A stretch of 64,000 nucleotides of DNA. Source: an uncultured Verrucomicrobiae bacterium. Lineage in GTDB: Bacteria > Verrucomicrobiota > Verrucomicrobiia > Limisphaerales > Palsa-1400. Position numbers and translations under genes: made by a program. Shown here piece by piece: positions 29,266 through 38,227 of the stretch; the first letter of the stretch is position 1, and each line of letters opens with the position of its first letter. The notes beneath the pieces were generated by a model, which was not told the DNA's origin, ran no database searches, and saw only the letters and a list, made by a program, of their open reading frames with translations. Location of the stretch: NCBI GenBank assembly GCA_963702845.1, contig OY969763.1, positions 4,128,001 to 4,192,000 of the forward strand, written 5' to 3'.

Positions 29266-30723
29266 TTACTCTGAAGCTTGCTTACGATTGCGCTTCTTCT
29301 TGGGCTGCACTTCGCCGGTTTTCGTTCGTTCGTCGTATTCAGACAACCGATCTTCCACAATGCCGCGCTTGATTAATTCGGTCTCAGCGATCGCACCCAT
29401 GTCTTTTGTATCAACCAGCCATTTATCCATCGCGACACGAAGCTCGCCAATTTTTTGAGTAAGCTGCGGCGTCATTGATTGCGGCGACGCGAGCAGGTTG
29501 TGGATTTCCCATGGGTCGGTCTGACAATCGTAGAATTCCTCCGCCGGTTTCGTGGGCGCAAAGAACAGTTCCTGCGTGCTGTTCAATTTTCCTTCACCGT
29601 TCCATTTACGCCACACCTGCATCGTCGGCATCAACTCGTTGTAAGCGATTCGTTGAGCGTAGGGCAGTTCAGGGCGGAAGTTGCGGATGTATTTATAACG
29701 TTTGTCGCGAACGGCGCGGATGCGGTCGGGCGTTTCATCCATACGATCGCGCGCGGCGAAAATGTATTGGCGTTGTTTGGCCGGAGTGCCGAGAAAAACG
29801 TTACCCTGCATATTGGTCGGCACCGGCAAGCCAGCGACAGAGATCATCGTTGGCCCAAAATCGATGAAACCGACTAGATCGCCGCGTTTGGTGTTTGGCG
29901 GGATTTGTCCAGGCCAGCGAACGATGAGCGGCACGTGAATGCCGCTGTCGTAGGTCCAACGTTTAAAACGCGGCATGCCGCGGCCATGGTCGCCGGTGAC
30001 GAGAATTATGGTGTTCGACGCAGCACCCCAGCGCTCCAGCGTCTTCAACACTTCACCCATTTGTTTGTCCACGGCGGTAACGAGGTCGTAATAGTTGGCG
30101 ATGTCGCGCCGCACTTCTGGTGCATCTGGGTAGAACGGCGGCACGAACATGCGCTTCGGATCGTGTCGGTCGGACGATGTCAGTTTGCTGGTCAGTCGCT
30201 CGAAGGTTTCCGCGTCTGCACGAATCTTACTCTCGTGCGACCAAACAATGTTATAGAAACCGAAAAACGGTTCTTTTGGTTTTTGCTTCGTCCAATCAGT
30301 GCGGACATCGAAAGCATCGGCGGGAAGTTCGAAATTGAAATCGGTCTTTCCGAACTGATCTTTGGTCGGCCAACAAATCGTGTAACCGGCGTCGTGCAGA
30401 TATTTGGTGAACATGGTCGGCGGCTTGAACAAACGCGACCTCATGTGATGGCTGCCGATGGTGGTCGGATACATACCCGTGATCAGCCCTGAACGGCTTG
30501 GCGCACAAACAGGCGCGTGCGTATAGCAGTTCGAATAGAGCGCGCCTTCCGTCGCCAGCTTGTCCATCACCGGCGTGATGGCGTTGGTATCTCCGTAACA
30601 CCCGAGTTCCGGTCCCATGTCTTCACCGAATAGCCAAACGATGTTCGGTTGAGTGGCGCAAAAGCTGTTCGTCACCAGTGCGAACAATCCGGCGAAAACT
30701 GCGATGAATTTATTTCGTGACAT
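29266..30723 (-). CDS. Sulfatase (formylglycine-dependent)
   Basis: Signal peptide; PNIVW-x3-EDMG, CAPSRSGLITG, GDHG. Confidence 0.93.
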   Translation of the reverse strand: MSRNKFIAVFAGLFALVTNSFCATQPNIVWLFGEDMGPELGCYGDTNAITPVMDKLATEGALYSNCYTHAPVCAPSRSGLITGMYPTTIGSHHMRSRLFKPPTMFTKYLHDAGYTICWPTKDQFGKTDFNFELPADAFDVRTDWTKQKPKEPFFGFYNIVWSHESKIRADAETFERLTSKLTSSDRHDPKRMFVPPFYPDAPEVRRDIANYYDLVTAVDKQMGEVLKTLERWGAASNTIILVTGDHGRGMPRFKRWTYDSGIHVPLIVRWPGQIPPNTKRGDLVGFIDFGPTMISVAGLPVPTNMQGNVFLGTPAKQRQYIFAARDRMDETPDRIRAVRDKRYKYIRNFRPELPYAQRIAYNELMPTMQVWRKWNGEGKLNSTQELFFAPTKPAEEFYDCQTDPWEIHNLLASPQSMTPQLTQKIGELRVAMDKWLVDTKDMGAIAETELIKRGIVEDRLSEYDERTKTGEVQPKKKRNRKQASE

Positions 30724-31885
30724 AAACCAAATGTGCGATGACGAGTCCTAACAAGGCGACGCCCGTTCCCACTGTGACGAGAAAACCGCGTTGCAGGTTA
30801 CTTTTATCGGCGACCGCGCCGATGACGATCGGGATAATAGTCCAACCAACCGACGCCATCCCGAAGAGCGTGCCAACGGCTCGGCCATGCACTTCCACGG
30901 GAAAATGACTCAATAGAATCGCCATTAAATTCGGGAAAAATGGGCCGTAAAGAAGTCCGGCGGCGACGAGCAAGCCGATCACTATTGCGCGATTGCGAGT
31001 AAAAATAAGTCCAAGCAAGACCGCGATTGTCAGCGCCGCCAGCACGATGTGTGTCACGCGAGCGACGTGAACCGAGTGTTCAACCGTCGCACTCCCCGAG
31101 TGAAAGACCAGCGCCGTCATGAGGCGCGAGCCCATGAAACAAAGCCAGAAAGCAGAGAGCGCCCACGCGGCGGTGCGCGAGGATTTTTCCGGCGCTTCTC
31201 CAGCGGGCGCAACGTTTTTCACGAACGAGGTGGCCCACGCGGCCGTGCAGGATTCGATCGGCACCCAAAGCAACAAAATGATTCCGCAAAACCACATGAT
31301 CGGATCGCCGATAACCGCGCCGAAGCCGACCGGTTTAGCCGGCGCGGCGCCTTGCATGTTCACCGCGAACGAATAAACGAGCGGCACGGCCACGATAGCA
31401 CCAAGGAAGGACACTGCTTTGGAAAATCCAGCCTTCCGGATCAACACCACCGTCACTGTCGGCGTCAAAAACGCGCCCAGTCCGAAAAAGAAATCCAACA
31501 GGTTCGTGGCCATGAACACGTTGTCATAGGCCATATACATGAGGACATTTGCCACATTGATCATCGCAGCCCAGCCAGCCGACAACAACGCAACCGCAAT
31601 CACCGCGACCGAATAACGATTCGTCCTCGCCAATAAAAATAATGAGAACGCGACCAGAATCGAACCGCTTACCCAAACACCTTTGCGCCCGAGCGCGTCC
31701 GCGAGAAATCCGCAGATCAAAATAATTGGCCCCACCATGAAGCCGAAAGACGAGACCAATCCGCCAACTTTGGCCTCATGCATATTAAGCCGTTCCGACA
31801 GCGGCAACTTGAGCGCTCCCAAAACCGAGTAACACATGCCAGTAATAGGAAGACCGCAAATCATGAACGTTTGGAGGGTGGTCAT
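30710..31885 (-). CDS. MFS transporter
   Basis: About 12 TM helices; GFLADALGRK motif A; overlaps the sulfatase start. Confidence 0.9.
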   Translation of the reverse strand: MTTLQTFMICGLPITGMCYSVLGALKLPLSERLNMHEAKVGGLVSSFGFMVGPIILICGFLADALGRKGVWVSGSILVAFSLFLLARTNRYSVAVIAVALLSAGWAAMINVANVLMYMAYDNVFMATNLLDFFFGLGAFLTPTVTVVLIRKAGFSKAVSFLGAIVAVPLVYSFAVNMQGAAPAKPVGFGAVIGDPIMWFCGIILLLWVPIESCTAAWATSFVKNVAPAGEAPEKSSRTAAWALSAFWLCFMGSRLMTALVFHSGSATVEHSVHVARVTHIVLAALTIAVLLGLIFTRNRAIVIGLLVAAGLLYGPFFPNLMAILLSHFPVEVHGRAVGTLFGMASVGWTIIPIVIGAVADKSNLQRGFLVTVGTGVALLGLVIAHLVYVTK

Positions 31886-32007
31886 GCGGCGAGAGTAAAG
31901 ATTTCGAAGTAAAGCAGCTAGTATTTTCCCTCGGTCGCGCGATGCGAACTTCCCCGCCGAATTTGAGTTTCAATCGCGATGCGTGTCTGTTAACCCTACG
32001 GCGGTTT

Positions 32008-32787
32008 ATGACGACCATCGCACAACAATTCGTTCGGGAATGGCTGGTTGGCCTCGGGCGCGGCGCCCTCCTGGTCTGGGAGACGGTGTGCTCGATCTTC
32101 ACGCGCAAAACGAACTGGCGCGACGTCATTCGTCAGATGTATTTCATCGGCGTAAAATCGCAGTCGGTGGTGCTCATCACTGGCGCGTTCACTGGAATGG
32201 TTCTTTGCGCGCAAACGTATTTCCAATTTCACAAGGTCAAGATGGACACTGCCACGCTGGCTGTGGTGGCCGTCGCGATGGGAAGCGAACTCGGACCAGT
32301 GCTGACCAGTTTAATGGTCGCTGGACGTGTCGGCGCAGCCGTCACGGCCGAACTCGGCACGATGAAAGTCACCGAACAAATCGACGCCTTGCGCACGCTG
32401 GCGGCGCATCCCATCGATTACCTCGTCGTGCCGCGATTCCTCGCGATGTTTCTCGTGATGCCTTTGTTAACCGCTGAATCGATTTGCATCGGTATCTCTG
32501 CAGCATATTTGATCGGCGTCTACCTACTCGGAATCGACCCTACTTATATTTGGTACAACATGCTTCGTTACGCCGGGGCGACCGACATGATCACCGGCAT
32601 CATCAAAGCCTTCGTGTTCGGCGCGATCATCATTATCGTCGCGTGCGATAAAGGTTTGAATTGCCCGCAAGGTGCCGAAGGTGTTGGACAGGCGACCACC
32701 GAATCGGTCGTTTACGCATCGATCACCATTCTCATCAGCAACTTCTTCCTCACTATGTTGCTTAACCGCATTTTGACCGGCCCATGA
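32008..32787 (+). CDS. mlaE: MlaE family ABC permease
   Basis: ELGPVLT, AGRVGA-x3-AELGTMKVTEQIDAL, GAEGVG-x-ATT. Confidence 0.93.
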   Translation: MTTIAQQFVREWLVGLGRGALLVWETVCSIFTRKTNWRDVIRQMYFIGVKSQSVVLITGAFTGMVLCAQTYFQFHKVKMDTATLAVVAVAMGSELGPVLTSLMVAGRVGAAVTAELGTMKVTEQIDALRTLAAHPIDYLVVPRFLAMFLVMPLLTAESICIGISAAYLIGVYLLGIDPTYIWYNMLRYAGATDMITGIIKAFVFGAIIIIVACDKGLNCPQGAEGVGQATTESVVYASITILISNFFLTMLLNRILTGP

Positions 32788-33530
32788 TCGAAGTGCGCGA
32801 TTTAAAGAAGAGTTTTGGCGACCATTGCGTCCTGGATGGCGTCAATTTTCGCATCAACAAAGGCGAGGCTGTCGTCATCATCGGCGCCAGCGGTGGCGGC
32901 AAAAGTGTTTTGTTGAAGCACCTCATCGCGCTGCTCGATCCCGATTCGGGCGAAGTCGCGATTGATGGGCAGACCATCACACATATGAACGAGCGCCAGC
33001 TGATCGATGTGCGGCGCAAGTTCGGCATGTTGTTCCAAAGCGCAGCGCTGTTCGACTCCATGACCGTCGAAGAAAATGTCGGCTTCATGTTGCGACGCGA
33101 AGGCAATCGCACCGAGAAAGAGATTTCCGACGCCGTCGCGGAAGTTTTAGACATTGTGGAACTGAGTGGGACGCAAGCCAAAAAACCAGCCGAACTATCT
33201 GGCGGCATGCGCAAGCGCGTCGGGCTCGCGCGCGCCGTCATTTATAAACCAGAGATCCTGCTTTACGACGAGCCGACAACCGGCCTCGATCCGATTGTGT
33301 CGGACAGCATCGATCAATTGATTGCCAAAGTGGTGCAACAATTGAAGGTTACCTCAATCGCAGTGACGCACGACATGCGGAGCGCGAAGCGGATTTCACA
33401 ACGCATTTTGATGCTGCACGAAGGCAAGATTTACGCCGACATGCCCACGGAACAAATCTTTCAATCGCAAGACCCGGTGATTTATCGTTTCGTCAACGGA
33501 ATTGCCGATGTGAAACACTTTGCTTTGTGA
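32784..33530 (+). CDS. mlaF: MlaF family ABC ATPase
   Basis: GASGGGKS, FQSAALFDSM, LSGGMRKRVGLAR, YDEPTTGLDP. Confidence 0.93.
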   Translation: MIEVRDLKKSFGDHCVLDGVNFRINKGEAVVIIGASGGGKSVLLKHLIALLDPDSGEVAIDGQTITHMNERQLIDVRRKFGMLFQSAALFDSMTVEENVGFMLRREGNRTEKEISDAVAEVLDIVELSGTQAKKPAELSGGMRKRVGLARAVIYKPEILLYDEPTTGLDPIVSDSIDQLIAKVVQQLKVTSIAVTHDMRSAKRISQRILMLHEGKIYADMPTEQIFQSQDPVIYRFVNGIADVKHFAL

Positions 33531-33562
33531 AGTCGAACCAACAGTAATTTGAAATTTTACGC

Positions 33563-34573
33563 ATGAACAAATCAACGCGCACGGAGTGGAAAGTGGGGCT
33601 GTTCGTTCTCATCGGCCTGGTGCTGGTGGCGGCGCTGATGCTCAACTTCAGCAAAGGCATCACCCGCTTCCAATCTACTTACAACGTTCACGTCATCATG
33701 ACCACCGTGTCCGGCCTCAAGCCGCACGCCGACGTGATGATGTCAGGTGTTCCCGTAGGCAACGTCATTGACAGCGAACTGGTCGATGAAGGTAGTGCCG
33801 TTGACATCACCGTCCAGATCCTTTCCAAATACCGAATCCGCACGAATGCAAATTTTCACATTGATGCCCTCGGATTCCTCGGTGATCAATACATAGCCAT
33901 CGCTCCGGCCACCAACGCATTGGCTCCTTACCTGACGAATGGCGCGACCGTCATCGGCGAATCGCCGTTTAATTTGCAGGAAGCCGTCAAATCGACCGCC
34001 GGTTTGCTCGCGACGGCAAAAACAACTTTGCAAGACCTCGACCAGGCGATCACCAACGTCAACCGCACGATTTTGAACGAGCAAACCCTGACCAACTTCG
34101 GCCTGGCTGTGAGCAACTTCTATTCGCTCACGGCCGATGCGGGAACTTTGGTTCGTCAAATCGGCGGAATCATCACGACAAATACCGATCCCATCAATGG
34201 AACAGTTAAAAGTCTGCACCAGGTTTCCGACAAGCTCGACAAAATGGCCGACGAATTGCGCGTCATTATTTCGACAAACTCAACCGATCTAGCGCAAGCG
34301 GTCGATAATTTTCGCGATACTTCTGCCAGCTTGAAACAAACCACTGAAGACTTGCAGAAAGGCAAAGGCCTTGCCGGTATGTTGCTCAAAGACGACCGCA
34401 TGAAGGGCCAGGTGCAAGACTTGCTCCAGAACCTGAACTCCATGTCCGCCAACTTCGCCATCTTCGGCAGCAACCTCAATCAAAGGGGCCTTTGGTCCAT
34501 GTTGCGCACTCCAAAGTCTAGGCCGCCGCAGGCGCCCGCACCGGCTCTCGGCGGCCCGCCCCGGGTCCATTAA
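33563..34573 (+). CDS. mlaD: MlaD/MCE family protein with helical extension
   Basis: KVGLFV TM, GL-x5-V-x2-SGVPVG, GFLGDQYI, GKGLAGML. Confidence 0.88.
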   Translation: MNKSTRTEWKVGLFVLIGLVLVAALMLNFSKGITRFQSTYNVHVIMTTVSGLKPHADVMMSGVPVGNVIDSELVDEGSAVDITVQILSKYRIRTNANFHIDALGFLGDQYIAIAPATNALAPYLTNGATVIGESPFNLQEAVKSTAGLLATAKTTLQDLDQAITNVNRTILNEQTLTNFGLAVSNFYSLTADAGTLVRQIGGIITTNTDPINGTVKSLHQVSDKLDKMADELRVIISTNSTDLAQAVDNFRDTSASLKQTTEDLQKGKGLAGMLLKDDRMKGQVQDLLQNLNSMSANFAIFGSNLNQRGLWSMLRTPKSRPPQAPAPALGGPPRVH

Positions 34574-34620
34574 CCTTGCAATCCGCCATGGGAACTCCAA
34601 AATCGGCAACCACCTAGAAC

Positions 34621-35631
34621 ATGCCCTCGATCTGGCCACTCCGAATTCTGTTCCTGATTTTATGCACCGTTGGCGGTTATGCGGTCAGTCAGGTTCGACC
34701 CGACTTGGTGCAGAAAGGGACGTATGGCTGGATGATTGGATTTGGGCTTGGCTCGATTCTAATCGCGGTCGACGAAATGTTGAAAGGTTTCTCCTTGCGC
34801 GCCTTCTCGGCGGCGACGTTCGGCCTCGTTCTCGGAACCATTATCGCGTGGTTGATTGACGTCTCGGGTTTGTTCGTTTTCGCCGATGAAAATCAGCGTT
34901 GGATGATCCGCCTCGCGCTGTTCCTGGCGTTTGGTTACATCGGCATGATCCTCGCATTGCGCAGTAACAAAGAAGATTTTTCGCTCATCATTCCTTACGT
35001 CCGATTCGCCTCACAATCGAAACCCGAGAATCTGTTGCTGCTTGACACCAGCGTCATCATCGACGGCCGTGTCGCCGATTTAATTGAAGCGCGATTCATC
35101 GAAGGGATGTTGGTTGTTCCTCGCTTTGTCTTGCACGAATTGCAGCGTCTTGCCGATTCGAATGACCCGATCATTCGCGCCCGTGGTCGTCGCGGCTTGG
35201 AAATGCTTACGCGCCTCCAGCAGGGAAAACGAAACGAGCTAAAAGTTCACGAAGGCGATTTTCCGGATGAGCCGGAAGTCGACGCAAAGCTAGTTCGCCT
35301 TGCCCGCGCGTTGAACGCCAAGCTTTATACGAACGATTATAATCTGGGCAAAGTGGCCGAGTTGCAGTCTGTCCCATACATCAACATCAACGAGATGGCC
35401 AACGCCTTGAAGCCAGTCATCTTGCCGGGTGAAGTGTTCAGCATCCGCGTCGTGCGTGAAGGAAAAGATAAAGGCCAGGGCGTCGGTTATCTCAACGACG
35501 GCACAATGGTGGTGATCAACAATGCGCAGAGTCTAATCGGCCAGCAGGCGACGGTGAAGGTCATCAGTCTGTTACAAACCGGCGCTGGAGTGATCGTCTT
35601 CGCTGATTTAAAAACGCCGGTCGCAACTTAA
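34621..35631 (+). CDS. Membrane-anchored PIN/TRAM domain protein (YacL-like)
   Basis: Four TM helices; LDTSVIIDGR, RGRRGL, TNDYNL, GVGYLNDGTMVV. Confidence 0.92.
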   Translation: MPSIWPLRILFLILCTVGGYAVSQVRPDLVQKGTYGWMIGFGLGSILIAVDEMLKGFSLRAFSAATFGLVLGTIIAWLIDVSGLFVFADENQRWMIRLALFLAFGYIGMILALRSNKEDFSLIIPYVRFASQSKPENLLLLDTSVIIDGRVADLIEARFIEGMLVVPRFVLHELQRLADSNDPIIRARGRRGLEMLTRLQQGKRNELKVHEGDFPDEPEVDAKLVRLARALNAKLYTNDYNLGKVAELQSVPYININEMANALKPVILPGEVFSIRVVREGKDKGQGVGYLNDGTMVVINNAQSLIGQQATVKVISLLQTGAGVIVFADLKTPVAT

Positions 35632-36716
35632 CTCGGCCGTTGGGGTTGCACCACCGCTAATCCCTTTAACAAATCCAAACCGCGCAACAACGCGGGATCT
35701 GACAAAACGGGGACTTCGTCAGTTTTGCTCTTCGGACGTTCTGTGGCAAGGTCGGTCTCAGGATCAACTCCTTCACGTTGTGCCCGCACCAGTTCAGCTT
35801 CATTCATGCGACGGCGAATCGGCGCGTTTGAGGTGCCTTCACCGGCAATCGAATCAGCATCGGCATCTTTCGCCGTTTCAGTCTTGTGCAGCACTTGATA
35901 TGGATCAGCCATCCATTTTCTTTCATCGTCGGCAGCGACATCCACCGTGATGTCGGGCTTCAAGGGGCCGGACAGAACCTTCTTACCAGCGACTTTGACC
36001 TGAGCAGTCGCAATGCGAAGTTTTTCACCATCGGACAATGGGAACATTTTGTAAACATTCGCGTGACCAGCGGTCGCACTACCGATGAGTAAACCAACAT
36101 TGGTGTCGCGCAATACGCCAGCCAACGCTTCCGCAGCACCGGACGTTTCGTGATTCACGAGAATCGCCACGGGAACTGTGATAGCGTTGCGTTTCTTCGT
36201 GGCGTGCACTGAGTTCGTGCTCCACTGCAATAGCAATTGCTCGTTGTTGAGGAAATCGTCAGCTGTCTTGGCCGCAGCAGCGAAATCGAACCCCGTCGCA
36301 AAACGCAGGTCTATGACAACGCCTTTGATTTTTGTTTTGTTCGTCGCCGCGACGTCGCGATAAGCGGCCAACAATTTATCGGCAAGTTCGTCCGTGATGT
36401 GACTGACCTGCATGTAAAGAAAGGCGTTGTCGTAAACCTGAGTTTTGGCCAAGCCCGCCACATTGGGCGCTCCAGCAGGACTGACGTCGCCGAGCAATGC
36501 CTGCGGCTTCAACTGATTGATCAGCCCTTTAACCGCCGCCTGGTCGAGCTCGGATGCGCTGACACCGCCCACATTGTCACGAAGCAGTTTGTAAACTTCT
36601 TCAAAACGCGGGAGGTCATTGGTTACCGATGCTTGGGCGAAATTGGGAGCTGCCAATAGCAATCCAACGCAAAAGTACGAAATCCGAAATCCGAAATCCG
36701 AAATAAATGTACGCAT
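35628..36716 (-). CDS. S41 peptidase-like secreted protein, catalytic residues apparently lost
   Basis: VIDLRF, AILVN-x-ETSGAAEALAG-x-L, LIG-x2-TAG, PDI-x-V, DPAL; ATG 36716. Confidence 0.75.
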   Translation of the reverse strand: MRTFISDFGFRISYFCVGLLLAAPNFAQASVTNDLPRFEEVYKLLRDNVGGVSASELDQAAVKGLINQLKPQALLGDVSPAGAPNVAGLAKTQVYDNAFLYMQVSHITDELADKLLAAYRDVAATNKTKIKGVVIDLRFATGFDFAAAAKTADDFLNNEQLLLQWSTNSVHATKKRNAITVPVAILVNHETSGAAEALAGVLRDTNVGLLIGSATAGHANVYKMFPLSDGEKLRIATAQVKVAGKKVLSGPLKPDITVDVAADDERKWMADPYQVLHKTETAKDADADSIAGEGTSNAPIRRRMNEAELVRAQREGVDPETDLATERPKSKTDEVPVLSDPALLRGLDLLKGLAVVQPQRPS

Positions 36717-36809
36717 GGGTGAAATTTCAACCAAACGCAGTTTGTGTTGTTTTTGATATTTTGTCATTTCAGTTTGAAATTCGTTTCGGATTTCGATTTT
36801 CGGATTTCG
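36678..36809. repeat. Inverted pair of heptamer arrays, (CGAAATC)4 ... (GATTTCG)4
   Basis: 36678..36705 cgaaatc x3 + cgaaata; 36782..36809 cgtttcg gatttcg attttcg gatttcg. Confidence 0.85.
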
Positions 36810-36812
36810 AAT

Positions 36813-38108
36813 TTATTTTGTTAAAGCTTTCGCCCCAATATCATGACGAAACTGCGCTCCGTCGAACTCAATCTTCTCAACCGCAGCGTAGGCTTTGGCG
36901 CGCGCTTCCGTCAATCCGTTCGCCCATGCGGTCACTCCCAATACGCGCCCGCCGCTCGTCACCACATGGTCGCCGTCGCGCGCGGTGCCGGCATGAAAAA
37001 CTTTTGTGTCGGGCAAACGCGCCGCTTCGAAAAGCCCTTTGATCGTTTTGCCTTTAACCGGAGTGCCGGGATATCCGGCCGCAGCCAGGACAACGCAGAC
37101 CGACGATTGCGCGCTCCAGCGCAATTCAACTTTGTCGAGCGTGCCGCTGACACTCGCTTCCAGCATTTCCACCAGGTCGCTTTCCAAACGTGTTAGATAA
37201 ACCTGCGCTTCCGGATCACCAAAGCGCGCGTTGAACTCCAGCACTTTGGGGCCGTCTTTCGTCAACATCACGCCCGGATAGAGTATCCCGCGAAAAATAA
37301 TTCTCTCCTCCGCGCAGCCTTTCAGCCACGGATTCAAAATTTGTTTACCGACCTCCGCAAGCTGCCCATCACTCAGAAACGGCGCCGGCGAATACGTCCC
37401 CATCCCGCCGGTGTTCAGACCGGTGTCGCCGTCGCCGATGCGTTTATGGTCCTGGGCTGTTGGAAAAAGTTTGGCGGTTGTCCCATCGCACAGCGCATGA
37501 AGGGAAATTTCCATTCCTTCGAGCAATTCCTGGATGACGATCTGTTTTCCGGCAGCGCCGAATTTTTGCGAGACCAACATCTCCTCAATCCCGAGATACG
37601 CGTCAGTGATCGATTTCGAGATGAGCACTCCTTTGCCGAGCGCCAGCCCATCGGCCTTGATCGCGCACATACCGTTCAGCGACGCGGCAAAATCCTTCGC
37701 CTGTTTGGCATCGCTGAAAATCCCGGATCGTGCCGTCGGAATCCCGTGCTTTTCCATGAACCGTTGCGAAAAAACTTTCGACGATTCAAATTGCGCCGCT
37801 TTTTGGTTCGGCCCCCAGATGCGCAACCCATTCTTTTCAAACAAGTCGACGATGCCGAGTGCCAACGGGTTGTCGGGCCCAACCACCGTCAGGTCAGGTT
37901 TATTTTCTTTCGCGAACGCCAACAGCTTCGGCAAATCCTCCGCGCCAATTGGGACACACTCGACGAGTGATTGGTTGCTGACCAGTTGCTCCTGCGCAAT
38001 GCCGGCGTTGCCCGGCGCACACCAGAGCGTGCGCAGGCGCGGCGATTGGGCAAGTTTCCATGCCATCGCATGTTCGCGTCCACCAGAGCCAATCAGCAGT
38101 AGTTTCAT
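36813..38108 (-). CDS. purD: Phosphoribosylamine-glycine ligase
   Basis: GSGGREHA, KADGLALGKGV, QDHKRIGDGDTGLNTGGMG, EFNARFGDPE, GGRVL. Confidence 0.97.
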   Translation of the reverse strand: MKLLLIGSGGREHAMAWKLAQSPRLRTLWCAPGNAGIAQEQLVSNQSLVECVPIGAEDLPKLLAFAKENKPDLTVVGPDNPLALGIVDLFEKNGLRIWGPNQKAAQFESSKVFSQRFMEKHGIPTARSGIFSDAKQAKDFAASLNGMCAIKADGLALGKGVLISKSITDAYLGIEEMLVSQKFGAAGKQIVIQELLEGMEISLHALCDGTTAKLFPTAQDHKRIGDGDTGLNTGGMGTYSPAPFLSDGQLAEVGKQILNPWLKGCAEERIIFRGILYPGVMLTKDGPKVLEFNARFGDPEAQVYLTRLESDLVEMLEASVSGTLDKVELRWSAQSSVCVVLAAAGYPGTPVKGKTIKGLFEAARLPDTKVFHAGTARDGDHVVTSGGRVLGVTAWANGLTEARAKAYAAVEKIEFDGAQFRHDIGAKALTK

Positions 38109-38227
38109 TTTCCTCGCGAAGTGAAACAGGAAACCCGTTTAGAGGAAAGAGCGCTCTTCCAGCGCTTCGCGATACACACGTTGTAGCATTGCAAACCGCG
38201 GCATTTCGTCATTACACTAGCTGTTCT

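Noticed and set aside
34621..35631. VapBC toxin-antitoxin or defence system
   Set aside because: TM-PIN-TRAM architecture is the housekeeping YacL type, and there is no antitoxin ORF.
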